Position numbers and translations under genes: made by a program
Assembly (NCBI GenBank): GCA_021371855.1
Contig: JAJFVL010000061.1
Location: 23,413-87,412 of the forward strand
Direction: 5' to 3'
DNA: 64,000 nucleotides
Source of the DNA: Bacteroidales bacterium
GTDB lineage: Bacteria > Bacteroidota > Bacteroidia > Bacteroidales > VadinHA17
Part shown: positions 20,043 through 30,501 of the stretch, piece by piece
How positions within the stretch are numbered: the stretch's first letter is position 1
How the letters are laid out: every line of letters begins with the position of its first letter
Notes under the pieces: generated by a model
What the model saw: only the letters and a program-made list of their open reading frames with translations
Databases searched by the model: none
What the model was told of the DNA's origin: nothing

Positions 20043-20954
20043 TCAGAATAAACCGTCGGTCGATAAGTACCTTTCGCCTGTGTCATAGCAAAAAGTCAGA
20101 ATTTTTGCTCCTTTAGCGAAATCACCTGATTTCTGATTCACTGCGGCCAATGATGCTCCTGATGATATTCCTATGAATATTCCTTCTTCTTTACCAGCTC
20201 TTCTGGTAAAGGTATATGCTTCTTCTTTGCTGATTTTTATTACACCATCGAGGAGATCTGTTCTTAAAATGGAAGGTATAAATCCGGCACCTATCCCCTG
20301 TAAAGGATGGGGAGCAGGTAATCCTCCGCTCAGCACAGGTGATAGTTCAGGTTCGACAGCATATACTTTCAGTTTTGGAAATTTCTTTTTCAGTACTTCC
20401 GCGCAACCGGTTAAATGTCCGCCTGTACCAACGCCTGCAAAAAGATAATCGATACCTTCAGGAAAATCATTAAGGATCTCCATTGCAGTGGTATTCCGGT
20501 GAATTTCGGTGTTTGCCGGATTATCAAACTGCATAGGGATCCATGAGTCGGGTATCTCTGAATGCAATTGTTCTGCACGTTCAATAGCACCTTTCATCCC
20601 TTTTTCCCATGGAGTCAAGTCAAATTCGGCTCCATAAGCGCTCATTATTTTTCTTCTTTCAAGGGACATTGATTCGGGCATTACCAGGATAATTTTATAT
20701 CCTTTCACTGCTGCCACCATTGCCAATCCTATCCCTGTGTTGCCTGAGGTTGGCTCAATAATTACACTTTGTGGTTTAAGAAGTCCCTTTTCCTCCGCAT
20801 CGTTAATCATCGATAGGGCAATACGGTCCTTTATGCTGGCACCCGGATTGACTTTCTCAAGTTTAATCCATACAGATATACCCGGATTAAAAAGCTTGTT
20901 GATTTTAACATGAGGAGTATTACCTATTGTTTCAAGTATTGAATTTGCTTTCAT
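20043..20954 (-). CDS. cysK: Cysteine synthase A (O-acetylserine sulfhydrylase)
   Basis: '[11 protein letters not shown]' PLP-lysine motif, '[12 protein letters not shown]', '[10 protein letters not shown]'. Confidence 0.85.
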   Translation of the reverse strand: MKANSILETIGNTPHVKINKLFNPGISVWIKLEKVNPGASIKDRIALSMINDAEEKGLLKPQSVIIEPTSGNTGIGLAMVAAVKGYKIILVMPESMSLERRKIMSAYGAEFDLTPWEKGMKGAIERAEQLHSEIPDSWIPMQFDNPANTEIHRNTTAMEILNDFPEGIDYLFAGVGTGGHLTGCAEVLKKKFPKLKVYAVEPELSPVLSGGLPAPHPLQGIGAGFIPSILRTDLLDGVIKISKEEAYTFTRRAGKEEGIFIGISSGASLAAVNQKSGDFAKGAKILTFCYDTGERYLSTDGLF

Positions 20955-21283
20955 GATTTAGTAATTTATTTAAGTCGTTCAGATAACAAAGTTAATAGGT
21001 TCCTGAAATTTATTCTGGTTGCGTTCTACTACTTCACCTTTATAATATTGTAATATAATATTTATAATAGCAGAAATAATAGAAAAGGTGTCTGTTTTGA
21101 CATCAATCCACATGGTGGTCTCCTGGAGACTCATGATATGATTCATCCCTGAAATATAAACTGGAAGGTGTTTAAAACTGAGTTGCACTGTTTTACTATT
21201 CCGTGTTTTTAGACCGTGCTGCGGCCTCGGCGGCCGGAAGAAACTTTGTGCCACTCCGTGGTAAAAGGGAAAAGTGCAGGTCA

Positions 21284-22450
21284 CTAACTCAGTTTCAGAT
21301 GATGGCGTTTGAAGATTACACCTCCTATCAAAAAGTATATTATTGTAAGTACAAGGATGGATATTACCTCAGGTATTATGCTAAGGACATTCATATCCAT
21401 TATGAGTGTTTTGTTCAGTGCTGAGATGGCATGTGTCGGTGTCATCAGTCCCTGAATATTTATTGGGTAACCTGCTATTGTGAATAACGCATCATTGTGC
21501 AGGGGGAAGGCTGCCCCGGTAAAGAACATGAACAAGAACATCGGGAAGTTGCCGACAACAAGTACCTCATTGGCTGATTTTGTTACAGCTGCTATAATGA
21601 GACTGAATGAAATGATCGAGAGGCTGGTCAGCCCGGCAATGAGGATCATTATTGTAAGTGACCCTGAATAATTAAATCCCAGCAGGATCGCTGTCAGAAG
21701 TGTAAGCAGAACTGAAGCTATGCCGACCAGAAGCTGAACGAAGGATATCCCGCTCAGAAATTCCAAGGCAGTAAGTTTTGAAAGTTTCAGCCTCATAATT
21801 GTCTTATTCTCAACCTCCGACACAAAAGCTATACTTGCAGTGAACATGAGCATGATAAGTGAAACAATGAGTATTCCCGGCACAATCAAATCAAAACCGG
21901 TTGCAGTGGCTGAAGTGCCAAGTGCTGTTTCCTTAACTCCAATAATCCGTTTACTGCCGGTTACCAGCAGGGCATATTCATTCACTATCTCATTTGCCCA
22001 TACAGCACTTACCAGGTAACCTGTGCTTGTGAGATCACCAATGAATTCAATACCGGATACTGCTACCGTATCATTTGATTTTTTTCGCTGCAATGTCTGA
22101 GAAAAGGAAACATCGATTACTATCAGGGCATCGGCCTTTTTGTTCTTTACAGCTTCAACAGCTGCGATCCGGTCATCTGATTGATGGATAACCAGAGGAA
22201 TTGCAATTGTATCATTCTTAATGCTGTTGAAAAAAGAGATCAGGCTGTCGCCGTAATTGATTGTATAACCATCACCTGACAGGCCTTTGTCGTTGTTAAC
22301 CATTAGCAGGGTATACTTTGGTTCAGATGTCTCCATTATAAGGAAATAGACGAAAATAAAGAATGGCCCCATGGACAATGAGAGGAGAAGCACCCAGTAG
22401 CTTCGTAATTGTTCTTTCAGACTTTTGCGGATTACACTTATAATTCTCAT
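21284..22450 (-). CDS. ABC-2 type transporter permease
   Basis: One N-terminal TM helix, a large extracytoplasmic loop, then five to six C-terminal TM helices. A 4-bp overlap with the upstream ATPase gene indicates an operon. Confidence 0.75.
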   Translation of the reverse strand: MRIISVIRKSLKEQLRSYWVLLLSLSMGPFFIFVYFLIMETSEPKYTLLMVNNDKGLSGDGYTINYGDSLISFFNSIKNDTIAIPLVIHQSDDRIAAVEAVKNKKADALIVIDVSFSQTLQRKKSNDTVAVSGIEFIGDLTSTGYLVSAVWANEIVNEYALLVTGSKRIIGVKETALGTSATATGFDLIVPGILIVSLIMLMFTASIAFVSEVENKTIMRLKLSKLTALEFLSGISFVQLLVGIASVLLTLLTAILLGFNYSGSLTIMILIAGLTSLSIISFSLIIAAVTKSANEVLVVGNFPMFLFMFFTGAAFPLHNDALFTIAGYPINIQGLMTPTHAISALNKTLIMDMNVLSIIPEVISILVLTIIYFLIGGVIFKRHHLKLS

Positions 22451-23367
22451 TGTCTCAGATTTCTTCCTGTTAGATGAATAAATACATCTTCGAGAGTGTT
22501 TTCACGGAGTTTTATCTCAGAAACATTCAGACCGGCACTCTCAGCCATATCCTTAATTGCAGGAAGGTGTTCCACAATATTTGAGTACTTTATCAGGACC
22601 GATCCGGAACTTATCTTTACATTCAAGGAAAGGGACGAGACATTTCCGGCAAACCGGCTTAATGCAGCTTCATTGCCGTTTTCCAGAACAAGTTCAAGGA
22701 TATCACCTTCACCTACAGAGCTTTTCAGTTTCTGCGGAGTATCGATCATCAGCAGTTTTCCATGATCGATAATCGCAACCCTGTCAGCCATGCGATCTGC
22801 TTCATCCATATTATGAGTAGTGAGGACAACTGTTTTCTTCCTGGCGAAAGCTTTAATAAAATCACGAACCATTATCCGGCTCTGCGGATCGAGGCCTGCT
22901 TCAGGTTCATCAAGAATAAGTATCTCAGGATCATGAATTAAAGCAAGGCAGATATTCAGCCGTCGTTTCATGCCACCTGACAGGTTGCTTGCAAGTACAT
23001 GTGATTTTCCCTTCAGCCCCAGAAGATCAAGAATTTCTTCAGCTCTTGATCGTACATACTTTGACGATAGTTCGTACATGTGACCAATGAAGAGTAATTG
23101 CTCTATGCAGGTCAACCTGGGATAGTAGATATTATCCTGGGGGCAGTAACCGATCAGGGATTTCCGGTCTTTAGCGCTTGACTCCTCAAAAATGATCTGT
23201 CCTTCTGAAGGAGACAACAATCCGCAGATCATGCTAATTGTGGTTGTCTTACCGGCTCCGTTGGGACCCAATAAGCCGAATATTTCATTTCGTAAAATAT
23301 CAAAATTCAGTCCGTCGACAGCAGTTAATTCGCCGAATCTCTTTTTCAAACCTTCAATTTTTATCAT
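22447..23367 (-). CDS. ABC transporter ATP-binding protein
   Basis: Walker A 'GPNGAGKTT', signature 'LSGGMKRRL', Walker B 'ILILDEP'. Confidence 0.9.
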   Translation of the reverse strand: MIKIEGLKKRFGELTAVDGLNFDILRNEIFGLLGPNGAGKTTTISMICGLLSPSEGQIIFEESSAKDRKSLIGYCPQDNIYYPRLTCIEQLLFIGHMYELSSKYVRSRAEEILDLLGLKGKSHVLASNLSGGMKRRLNICLALIHDPEILILDEPEAGLDPQSRIMVRDFIKAFARKKTVVLTTHNMDEADRMADRVAIIDHGKLLMIDTPQKLKSSVGEGDILELVLENGNEAALSRFAGNVSSLSLNVKISSGSVLIKYSNIVEHLPAIKDMAESAGLNVSEIKLRENTLEDVFIHLTGRNLRQ

Positions 23368-23530
23368 AGATCAGAAAGATTAACCTGGTTTCTTAATGAT
23401 CGGGCAGAGATGAATGCCTCAAGCGGGATTAAAGGTAAGAAATTCATTCAGTGAATCTCCCAATGGAGAAAGTAATTGCTATTGATTTACCCTATAACGC
23501 CTCTTTGAGCAAGCTCAGAGGCTTCAAAAC

Positions 23531-23557
23531 AAAAAAGCCCTGCAGTTTTGCTGCAAG
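23531..23557 (-). terminator. Rho-independent terminator after tRNA-Met
   Basis: Minus-strand reading: cttgcag-caaaa-ctgcagg followed by gctttttt. It starts 12 nt after the tRNA 3' end. Confidence 0.65.
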
Positions 23558-23568
23558 ACTTTTCGTAG

Positions 23569-23642
23569 TAGCGAGAGAGAGAATTGAACTCTCGACCTCA
23601 TGATTATGAATCATGCGCTCTAACCAACTGAGCTATCTCGCC
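23569..23642 (-). tRNA. tRNA-Met (anticodon CAT), elongator type
   Basis: Reverse complement GGCGAGATAGCTCAGTTGGTTAGAGCGCATGATTCATAATCATGAGGTCGAGAGTTCAATTCTCTCTCTCGCTA folds as a cloverleaf. Acceptor is GGCGAGA/TCTCGCT with a G1-U72 wobble, the anticodon loop is TTCATAA and the T-loop is TTCAATT. The anticodon stem is not initiator-like. An Ile2 (lysidine) identity cannot be excluded by eye. CCA is not encoded. Confidence 0.85.
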
Positions 23643-23777
23643 TTCATAATTTTCAAATACCACCCTTTTTGCGGGTGCAAATATAAACAGTTTGTTACAA
23701 TTTAGCAATAAGGTTTTTTAGTTTCAATATTTTTTCTATATTGCAGAAAAAGTAATGCAAAAGAATTAATTTTTATT

Positions 23778-24158
23778 ATGAGGTTGAAGTTCGAATTGGA
23801 ATATACCCTAAACTGTTCACCAAAAGTACTTTTTTCTCGCCTTAGTACACCTGACGGATTAGGTGAATGGTTTGCTGAACGAGTGGATGTGGATGGCGAT
23901 CTTTTTTCTTTTTACTGGAATAATTCCGAATCGAAAGCCCGACTATCAGCCCTGAAAGAAAATAAACTCGTAAGATTTGAATGGGTTGGTATGGAAGATG
24001 AAGAATCAAATTATTTTGAGTTCAGGATTAACGTTGAAGAACTTTCAGGCTCTCTTGCACTGATAATAACCGATTTCTCTGAACCGGAAGAAAAAGAAGA
24101 TGCAATCTATCTCTGGGATTCACAGATCACTGATCTGAAAAGGTTGTTAGGCACATGA
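23778..24158 (+). CDS. Small START/SRPBCC-like domain protein
   Basis: 126 aa. 'YTLNCSPKVLFSRLSTPDGLGEWFA' resembles the N-terminus of AHSA1/START-like ligand-binding folds. No catalytic motif. Confidence 0.45.
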   Translation: MRLKFELEYTLNCSPKVLFSRLSTPDGLGEWFAERVDVDGDLFSFYWNNSESKARLSALKENKLVRFEWVGMEDEESNYFEFRINVEELSGSLALIITDFSEPEEKEDAIYLWDSQITDLKRLLGT

Positions 24159-24290
24159 TTGACTGCTTTTTGTCAGGATTCAAAGAATGCGATCACCATT
24201 TATTACAAATCCCTATATAATTATATATGATTATTAAAATACAATATTTGACAAAAATCAAGTAGTTTTGCCATTTAATCCAGATATTAG

Positions 24291-25787
24291 GTGAAGAAGC
24301 TTGACAGATTTGTATTAAGATCATTTATAGGCCCGTTAATTTTTACATTTTTCCTCGTGCTTATTATTCTCATCCTGCAGTTCCTTTGGATGTATGTTGA
24401 CGAACTTGCAGGAAAAGGTCTTGATTTTAAAGTACTTGGAGAGCTGCTATATCACTTTTCACTTACATTTGTACCAATGGCTTTGCCTCTGGCTATTCTG
24501 CTTGCCGCCCTTATGACATTCGGTAACATGGGAGAATTCAGCGAACTCACTGCACTGAAGTCCTCTGGGATTCCTCTTCGCAGGATAATGCAGCCATTAA
24601 TTATTCTTATTGCCGTAATTTCGATCGTGTCATTCTTCTTTTCTAATAATGTCCTGCCTTATTCGACTACAAAAGCCAGAACCCTTCTCAGTGATATCCG
24701 CCGTAAAAAGCCTGATATAAATATCCAGTCCGGTTCATTTTATAACGGAGTTCCTGATTTCAGTATAAAAATTACAACTAAAGACCCTGTGACAAATCGC
24801 CTCGACAATCTTATAATATATGATCATCGCAGCAGAAATGGCAACACCTCTGTTACAGTGGCTGATTCGGGTTATATGAAAACGACACCTGACGGGACCG
24901 GTCTTGTCATGACTCTTTATAACGGCTTTTCTTTTAATGAGATATCTGAGAAAAACGTAACCACCTCCGCCAAAAAATATCCGTCAAGGAAAGATTATTT
25001 TAAGGAAGAACAAATAGTGATCCCCCTTACGGGATTTGATCTGGAACGAAGCGAAGGTGGCTTGTACAAATCTAATGCGGCCATGCTGAATATCTCACAA
25101 TTAACTTTTTACATTGACTCGCTCAACAAAAGATATAATGGAAAACAAACCGATCAGTACCAGGAATTCCATGATACAAAAATCTATTCCATGATGTCTC
25201 AGTCATACTTCAACAGTGATTATCATAACACTATTGATACAATAAATAAGCTTAAGGCATCTGATATAAAAACCCTGTATGATTCATTATCAATAAGTGA
25301 TAAAAGAATTGTTCTTTTAAAAGCTATTGAAAACGTTAAAAATGCAAGCAGTTACCTTGCTGAAAAAAATGAATCGATGCATTACGAAATAAAGCTCATC
25401 AAACGTTATGAGGTGGAATGGAATAAGAAATTTACATTGTCATTTGCATGTCTTGTATTCTTCTTTATCGGAGCTCCTTTGGGTGCCATTATCAGGAAAG
25501 GAGGTTTTGGAACACCTGCTGTCATTTCGGTCTTTTTCTTTGTTGTTTATTATATAATATCAATCTCAGGACAAAAGCTTGTAGAAGAGGATGTCGTTGG
25601 TACATTCGCAGGAATGTGGGCAGCTTCATATATTCTTTTACCCATTGGCATTTTCCTTACATACAAAGCTACTACCGATTCATCAATTATGAATATCGAT
25701 ACATATCTCCAATTTTTCAAAAAGACCAAGGATTTCCTTTACAGAATTTATATGAATCAGAAAAACAGTGAACCTGAAAAGGATTAA
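24291..25787 (+). CDS. LptF/LptG-family (YjgP/YjgQ) LPS export permease
   Basis: GTG start. 'MKKLDRFVLRSFIGPLIFTFFLVLIILILQFLW' is the typical N-terminus, followed by three TM helices, a large periplasmic domain and three TM helices. Confidence 0.8.
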   Translation: MKKLDRFVLRSFIGPLIFTFFLVLIILILQFLWMYVDELAGKGLDFKVLGELLYHFSLTFVPMALPLAILLAALMTFGNMGEFSELTALKSSGIPLRRIMQPLIILIAVISIVSFFFSNNVLPYSTTKARTLLSDIRRKKPDINIQSGSFYNGVPDFSIKITTKDPVTNRLDNLIIYDHRSRNGNTSVTVADSGYMKTTPDGTGLVMTLYNGFSFNEISEKNVTTSAKKYPSRKDYFKEEQIVIPLTGFDLERSEGGLYKSNAAMLNISQLTFYIDSLNKRYNGKQTDQYQEFHDTKIYSMMSQSYFNSDYHNTIDTINKLKASDIKTLYDSLSISDKRIVLLKAIENVKNASSYLAEKNESMHYEIKLIKRYEVEWNKKFTLSFACLVFFFIGAPLGAIIRKGGFGTPAVISVFFFVVYYIISISGQKLVEEDVVGTFAGMWAASYILLPIGIFLTYKATTDSSIMNIDTYLQFFKKTKDFLYRIYMNQKNSEPEKD

Positions 25788-25799
25788 ATATTATTTAAA

Positions 25800-27032
25800 A
25801 TGAATGAAATTAAACTGAACACAATTGAAGAAGCTCTTGAAGATATTAAGAGGGGAAAGCTTTTAATTGTAGTTGATGATGAAGACCGTGAAAATGAAGG
25901 TGACTTCATCTGCTCTGCAGAACTTATTACGCCCGAAATCGTCAACTTCATGACAAAACATGGCAGAGGACTTATCTGTACCGCACTGCCTGAAGACAGA
26001 TGTGAAGAGCTTGATCTGCATCTTATGGTTGGAAGGAATACTTCACTGCATGAGACACAGTTCACAGTTTCTGTCGATTTAATTAACGAAGAAACGACTA
26101 CAGGTATATCAGCCAAAGACAGGGCACTCACAATAAGAGCTCTTGTAAATCCTGAAACTAAACCATCAGATCTTGGGCGACCAGGGCATATATTTCCCCT
26201 TAAAGCAAAAGCAAAAGGGGTATTGAGAAGAGCCGGACACACTGAAGCAGTTGTTGATCTTACACGTCTTGCCGGTTTAACACCCGGTGGAGTACTTGTA
26301 GAAATCATGAACGACGATGGTACAATGGCCCGATTAAATGATCTGATAGAGATCGGCAAGAAATTCGATATCAAGATAATAGCCATTAAAGACCTCATTA
26401 CTTATAAACTCGAAAGAGATTCAATCATTGAAAAAGGTGATAGAGTCTCATTGCCGACAGAAGTGGGTAATTTTGAATTCATCGCCTTCCGCCAGACGAG
26501 TAACGGACTTGAACATGCTGCTCTCGTAAAAGGCACCTGGACAAAGGATGAACCTGTTCTTGTCAGACTTCATTCCTCCTGTTTCACAGGCGATATTTTC
26601 GGATCACTCAGATGCGACTGCGGCCCACAGCTTCATAAAGCTATGGAGATGGTTGAAGCTGAAGGAAAAGGTGTGGTCATTTATCTCAGTCAGGAAGGAA
26701 GAGGCATAGGCCTCTTAAATAAGATAAAAGCATATAAGCTCCAGGATGGAGGAATGGACACAGTTCAGGCCAACCTTCAGCTCGGATTCGGAGTAGATGA
26801 AAGAGACTATGGTGTGGGCGCCAGCATTATGAGAGAACTTGGACTGGGAAAAGTACGTCTGATTTCAAATAATCCGGTAAAAAGAGTTGGACTCGAAGGT
26901 TACGGGATCAAAATTGTTGAGACAATTCCTCTTGTGATCGAACCAAATAAATACAATAAATTTTATCTCGAAACCAAGGCAAACAAGATGGGACATGACC
27001 TTATATGCTATAAGCATATTGTTAAGGAGTAA
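25800..27032 (+). CDS. ribBA: Bifunctional 3,4-dihydroxy-2-butanone-4-phosphate synthase / GTP cyclohydrolase II
   Basis: '[10 protein letters not shown]' (RibB) and '[23 protein letters not shown]' (RibA zinc site). Confidence 0.9.
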   Translation: MNEIKLNTIEEALEDIKRGKLLIVVDDEDRENEGDFICSAELITPEIVNFMTKHGRGLICTALPEDRCEELDLHLMVGRNTSLHETQFTVSVDLINEETTTGISAKDRALTIRALVNPETKPSDLGRPGHIFPLKAKAKGVLRRAGHTEAVVDLTRLAGLTPGGVLVEIMNDDGTMARLNDLIEIGKKFDIKIIAIKDLITYKLERDSIIEKGDRVSLPTEVGNFEFIAFRQTSNGLEHAALVKGTWTKDEPVLVRLHSSCFTGDIFGSLRCDCGPQLHKAMEMVEAEGKGVVIYLSQEGRGIGLLNKIKAYKLQDGGMDTVQANLQLGFGVDERDYGVGASIMRELGLGKVRLISNNPVKRVGLEGYGIKIVETIPLVIEPNKYNKFYLETKANKMGHDLICYKHIVKE

Positions 27033-27067
27033 TATTTTTTATAGGTTTACGTGATAAATAACCATTT

Positions 27068-28033
27068 ATGAAGAATCTCAGGATAGTATTCATGGGAACA
27101 CCTGAGTTTGCAGTAGCGACTCTTGGTTCACTTCTTATGAATGGTTTTAATGTCGTCGGAGTTGTAACAATACCTGATAAACCGGCTGGAAGGGGCAGAA
27201 AGATGACAAAATCTGCAGTCAAAGAATTTGCAGAATACAGTTCTCTTCCTGTAATGCAGCCAGGGAGTCTTAAAGACCCTGAATTCATTGACAAACTGAG
27301 ATCCCTTAACGCAGACCTCTTTATTGTAGTTGCTTTTCGTATGCTTCCTGAAGTTATCTGGAAGATGCCTGCATTAGGCACTATAAATCTTCATGCATCG
27401 CTTCTGCCACAATACCGGGGAGCTGCTCCTATTAATCATGCTATTATAAACGGAGAAACAGTAACCGGAGTTACAACATTCTTCATTGATGATAAAATCG
27501 ATACAGGGAAGATTCTTCTAAGGGATGAAGTGCAGATTTTTCCTTTCGAAAATGCAGGAGATGTTCACGACAGACTGATGAGGCAGGGAGCCAGACTTGT
27601 AATCAGGACTATTGAAGGCATTGCTGAAAACACTTTAAAAGCACAACTTCAGTCTCATTATATAAACCCCGATGAACCGCCAAAACTTGCACCAAAAATT
27701 TACCCGGATGATTGTATCATAGACTGGCATGATGATCCTGTGAAAATTCACAATTTTGTAAGGGGACTCTCTCCTTATCCTTGTGCAAGATCATTTCTCA
27801 GCAACGATTCTTCTACTCATTCATTTAAAGTCTACGAAACCCAGCCTGAAATTGCAGAACATATATATGAGCCCGGGCAGATCATCTCCGACGGAAAACA
27901 TTTTATTAAAGTCGCTTGCACGGATGGATTTATAAGTATTGCCAGCCTCCAGCTTGAAGGGAAAAAAAGGATGAGTACACCTGAATTTCTCAGAGGATTT
28001 AAAATATCCGACTATGTCATCCCTGTCCGTTGA
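27068..28033 (+). CDS. fmt: Methionyl-tRNA formyltransferase
   Basis: 'RIVFMGTPEFAV', 'INLHASLLPQYRGAAPI' (SLLP motif). Confidence 0.9.
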   Translation: MKNLRIVFMGTPEFAVATLGSLLMNGFNVVGVVTIPDKPAGRGRKMTKSAVKEFAEYSSLPVMQPGSLKDPEFIDKLRSLNADLFIVVAFRMLPEVIWKMPALGTINLHASLLPQYRGAAPINHAIINGETVTGVTTFFIDDKIDTGKILLRDEVQIFPFENAGDVHDRLMRQGARLVIRTIEGIAENTLKAQLQSHYINPDEPPKLAPKIYPDDCIIDWHDDPVKIHNFVRGLSPYPCARSFLSNDSSTHSFKVYETQPEIAEHIYEPGQIISDGKHFIKVACTDGFISIASLQLEGKKRMSTPEFLRGFKISDYVIPVR

Positions 28034-29123
28034 CAGGCTTCATGTTTCTCAACCAGATCTTTTTGCCGGCTTCAGGTTCGGTGCCATTTTCCATTCTGTT
28101 AAACTCGTACAATTTTTTAAGTTTTACTCCGTAAAGCTGCGATATTAGATACATAGTCTCCCCTTCTGCAACATTGTGATATTCTTTCCCCGGCTCAGCT
28201 TTCTCCCTTTTTGGCTGAAGATACAGGATCTGCCCTGGAACAAGCTTAAAATCATCTTTAAGCTCATTAAATTTTAACAGTTCCCATTTTAACAGCTGAA
28301 ACTCATTTTCAAGTTTCTCCTTTGTATCTCCATCTTTTACAATAATATATTGTATTCCGTTGTTTTCCTTAACTCTCTGAACTTTGGCTGCTACTGCAAC
28401 ATTATCATTTTTAAAAGTCACAGGTTTTATATTATCATTATCCTTAACGGGAAAGGACTCTTTTTGAACAGTTGTCTTTTGTTTAATGATTCTTATGTTA
28501 TCAGTATCCGGAGAGGGAACAGACTCTTTTATTACATATGTCTTTTGTTTGGTTTTATTGTCTGCTTTATACTCTTTGTCATAATACCAGAGATGATTCT
28601 CTTCAATATTTCTAATCAGCATTTTTGCATAGTCAGGATTAGTGGCATAACCAGCTTTCTTCAATCCATATGCCCATTCTTTGTAATTGGTATGATCAAT
28701 ATTAAAGAGGAAACCATATCGTGAACCTGATTTCAGAAAATCAGAATGATCATAAAACGAGTCTTCTACTTTGGGATATTTTCTGAAACAATCGTTCTTT
28801 TTGTCATCATCATGTGTGATTGTGGGGCCAGTCCAGCCATTGTGACATTTTATGCCGAAATGGTTATTCGCCTCACGAGCCAGGCTGCTTCGCCCACAAT
28901 CTGACTCAATCATGCCCTGAGCAAGTGTAATACTGGCAGGGATCCCCGTCCTTTTCATCTCATTTACGGCAATATCTTTATAGGTGCTTATATAGTCTTC
29001 TGCCGGAATTCCTGAACGTGGTACTGAAACAGCTGTTTTTGAAACAACCGGTTTTGATACCTTGCATGAAAACATACAGGAAATCAAAGCCAGCTGAAGA
29101 ACATAAAATAACTTATTGCGCAT
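28017..29123 (-). CDS. Peptidoglycan hydrolase: N-acetylglucosaminidase (GH73-like) domain plus two LysM domains
   Basis: 'IPASITLAQGMIESDCGRSSLAREANNHFGIK' glucosaminidase catalytic region. C-terminal LysM-like 'YIIVKDGDTKEKLENEF' and 'YHNVAEGETMYLISQLYGVKLKKLYEFN'. The 3' end overlaps fmt by 17 bp (convergent). Confidence 0.8.
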   Translation of the reverse strand: MRNKLFYVLQLALISCMFSCKVSKPVVSKTAVSVPRSGIPAEDYISTYKDIAVNEMKRTGIPASITLAQGMIESDCGRSSLAREANNHFGIKCHNGWTGPTITHDDDKKNDCFRKYPKVEDSFYDHSDFLKSGSRYGFLFNIDHTNYKEWAYGLKKAGYATNPDYAKMLIRNIEENHLWYYDKEYKADNKTKQKTYVIKESVPSPDTDNIRIIKQKTTVQKESFPVKDNDNIKPVTFKNDNVAVAAKVQRVKENNGIQYIIVKDGDTKEKLENEFQLLKWELLKFNELKDDFKLVPGQILYLQPKREKAEPGKEYHNVAEGETMYLISQLYGVKLKKLYEFNRMENGTEPEAGKKIWLRNMKPVNGQG

Positions 29124-29320
29124 ATCCCATTTTTTGTTTGTGACAAAAATAGAAAAAATACATGTCTGAAGTGTCTGGTATGTCTGAAGATGTGAGAAAC
29201 ATTAATCCTGACTATTTTTGGTTTCTTTTTCATGAACAGATTTACAACTAATTGAGAGAGGATAACCTGATTTCTATCCAATTTTTATTAAATTTGTAAC
29301 TCTTACTCTATAAGAGTGTT

Positions 29321-29818
29321 ATGATACGAATAAATAATATCTCATTTTCATATCAGGAATTTGATATGGATAATGAATTAAATCCTGGCGACAGAGAACT
29401 TGTCTCTGTGGCAAGAGAAGCTGTTTTACATGCTTATGCTCCCTATTCAAAATTCAGAGTGGGGGCAGCAATTAGGCTTGAGAGTGGCACAATAGTTCGT
29501 GGCACAAACGTTGAAAATGCCGCATCCCCATCCGGAATTTGTGCAGAAAGGAATGCACTTTCAAACGCTATTTCAAATCACAGCAATGACAAACCTGTAG
29601 CCATAGCTATTGCTGCTATGGCCGAAGAAGAACTGACAGACAACCCCATACCTCCGTGTGGAAATTGTCGTCAGGTAATTGCAGAAGAGGAATCAAGAAC
29701 AGGAAATCATATAAGGATAATCCTCTCGGGAAAAAAGAAAACATTTGTTATAGAAAGCATAAGCGGGCTTCTTCCTTTACAATTCAACCTGAACAATTTT
29801 AAAACTAATCTTCCCTGA
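29321..29818 (+). CDS. cdd: Cytidine deaminase
   Basis: 'AYAPYSKFRVGAA', zinc ligands 'CAERNA' and 'PCGNCRQ'. Confidence 0.85.
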   Translation: MIRINNISFSYQEFDMDNELNPGDRELVSVAREAVLHAYAPYSKFRVGAAIRLESGTIVRGTNVENAASPSGICAERNALSNAISNHSNDKPVAIAIAAMAEEELTDNPIPPCGNCRQVIAEEESRTGNHIRIILSGKKKTFVIESISGLLPLQFNLNNFKTNLP

Positions 29819-30500
29819 CAATCAGCTGAAATCCGGCACCGTGTATATTCTTAATGTTCAGGTCAGGATCAACAGATAAAAGCTTTCTTAACTTCGTGAT
29901 ATACACATCCATACTTCTGGCTGTAAAGTAGTCGTCAGATCCCCATATTTTTTTCAAAGCCATCTCCCTGTTAATTAATGCATTAGCATTAACAACAAGA
30001 AGTTCAAGCAATTGCGCCTCTTTAGGTGAGAGTTTCTTTTCATCGCCACCAATGGTCAATGTCCTTAGTTTTGAGTTGAAAATAAATTTGCCAATCTCAT
30101 AGATATCTTTGGTCTCCGACTGAAAATCACGTCTCGAAAGAATAGCTTTTATTTTTGCCAGAAGTATATCTGTGTCAAATGGTTTCGTAATATAGTCATC
30201 CCCCCCTACTCCATAGCCTTTCAGAACATCTTCCTTCATCTTTTTTGCCGTCAGGAATATTATCGGGACCTCAGTGTTAATCTTCCTTATTTCATTCGCT
30301 ATTGTAAATCCATCGACATGAGGAAGCATTATATCGAGAATGCATATATTAAAAAAACCTTTTCTGAAATGCTCCAGTGCATGCTTACCATCATCAATCC
30401 ACTCAACAGAGTAGTCGTTAATTTCAAGATATGACTTAAGAACTGATCCAAAACTCAGGTCATCCTCAACAAGGAATATTTTAATGCTTTTAGTGCTCAT
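29805..30500 (-). CDS. OmpR/PhoB-type response regulator
   Basis: The ORF in the track extends to 30608, but the receiver domain starts at 'MSTKSIKIFLVEDD' (ATG at 30500), 1 nt after the kinase stop. C-terminal winged-helix 'LSPKEAQLLELL...VYITKLRKLL'. Confidence 0.85.
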   Translation of the reverse strand: MSTKSIKIFLVEDDLSFGSVLKSYLEINDYSVEWIDDGKHALEHFRKGFFNICILDIMLPHVDGFTIANEIRKINTEVPIIFLTAKKMKEDVLKGYGVGGDDYITKPFDTDILLAKIKAILSRRDFQSETKDIYEIGKFIFNSKLRTLTIGGDEKKLSPKEAQLLELLVVNANALINREMALKKIWGSDDYFTARSMDVYITKLRKLLSVDPDLNIKNIHGAGFQLIVRED

Positions 30501-30501
30501 T

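Noticed and set aside
21184-21278. SRP (4.5S) RNA candidate because of the GC-rich hairpin containing 'ccggaag'
   Set aside because: The GGAA is not closed by a helix in the SRP domain-IV manner, and the conserved AGCA / GGAAGCAGC-type motif is missing on both strands.
20979-21284. 101-aa ORF between the ABC-2 permease gene and cysK
   Set aside because: There is no recognisable family, and the N-terminal third is the odd GC-rich island. If anything is real it is probably a much shorter peptide or a non-coding region. It is left unannotated as a CDS, and the region is flagged in findings instead.
25788-25799. Expected FMN riboswitch upstream of ribBA
   Set aside because: Only 12 bp separate the LptF/G-family stop from the ribBA start, so there is no room for an RFN element.
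25784-26398. 204-aa minus-strand ORF
   Set aside because: It is fully antisense to ribBA, whose product has unmistakable RibB/RibA motifs. The antisense translation is low-complexity and Ser-rich.
27022-27381. 119-aa minus-strand ORF
   Set aside because: It is antisense to the 5' part of fmt and has no motifs.
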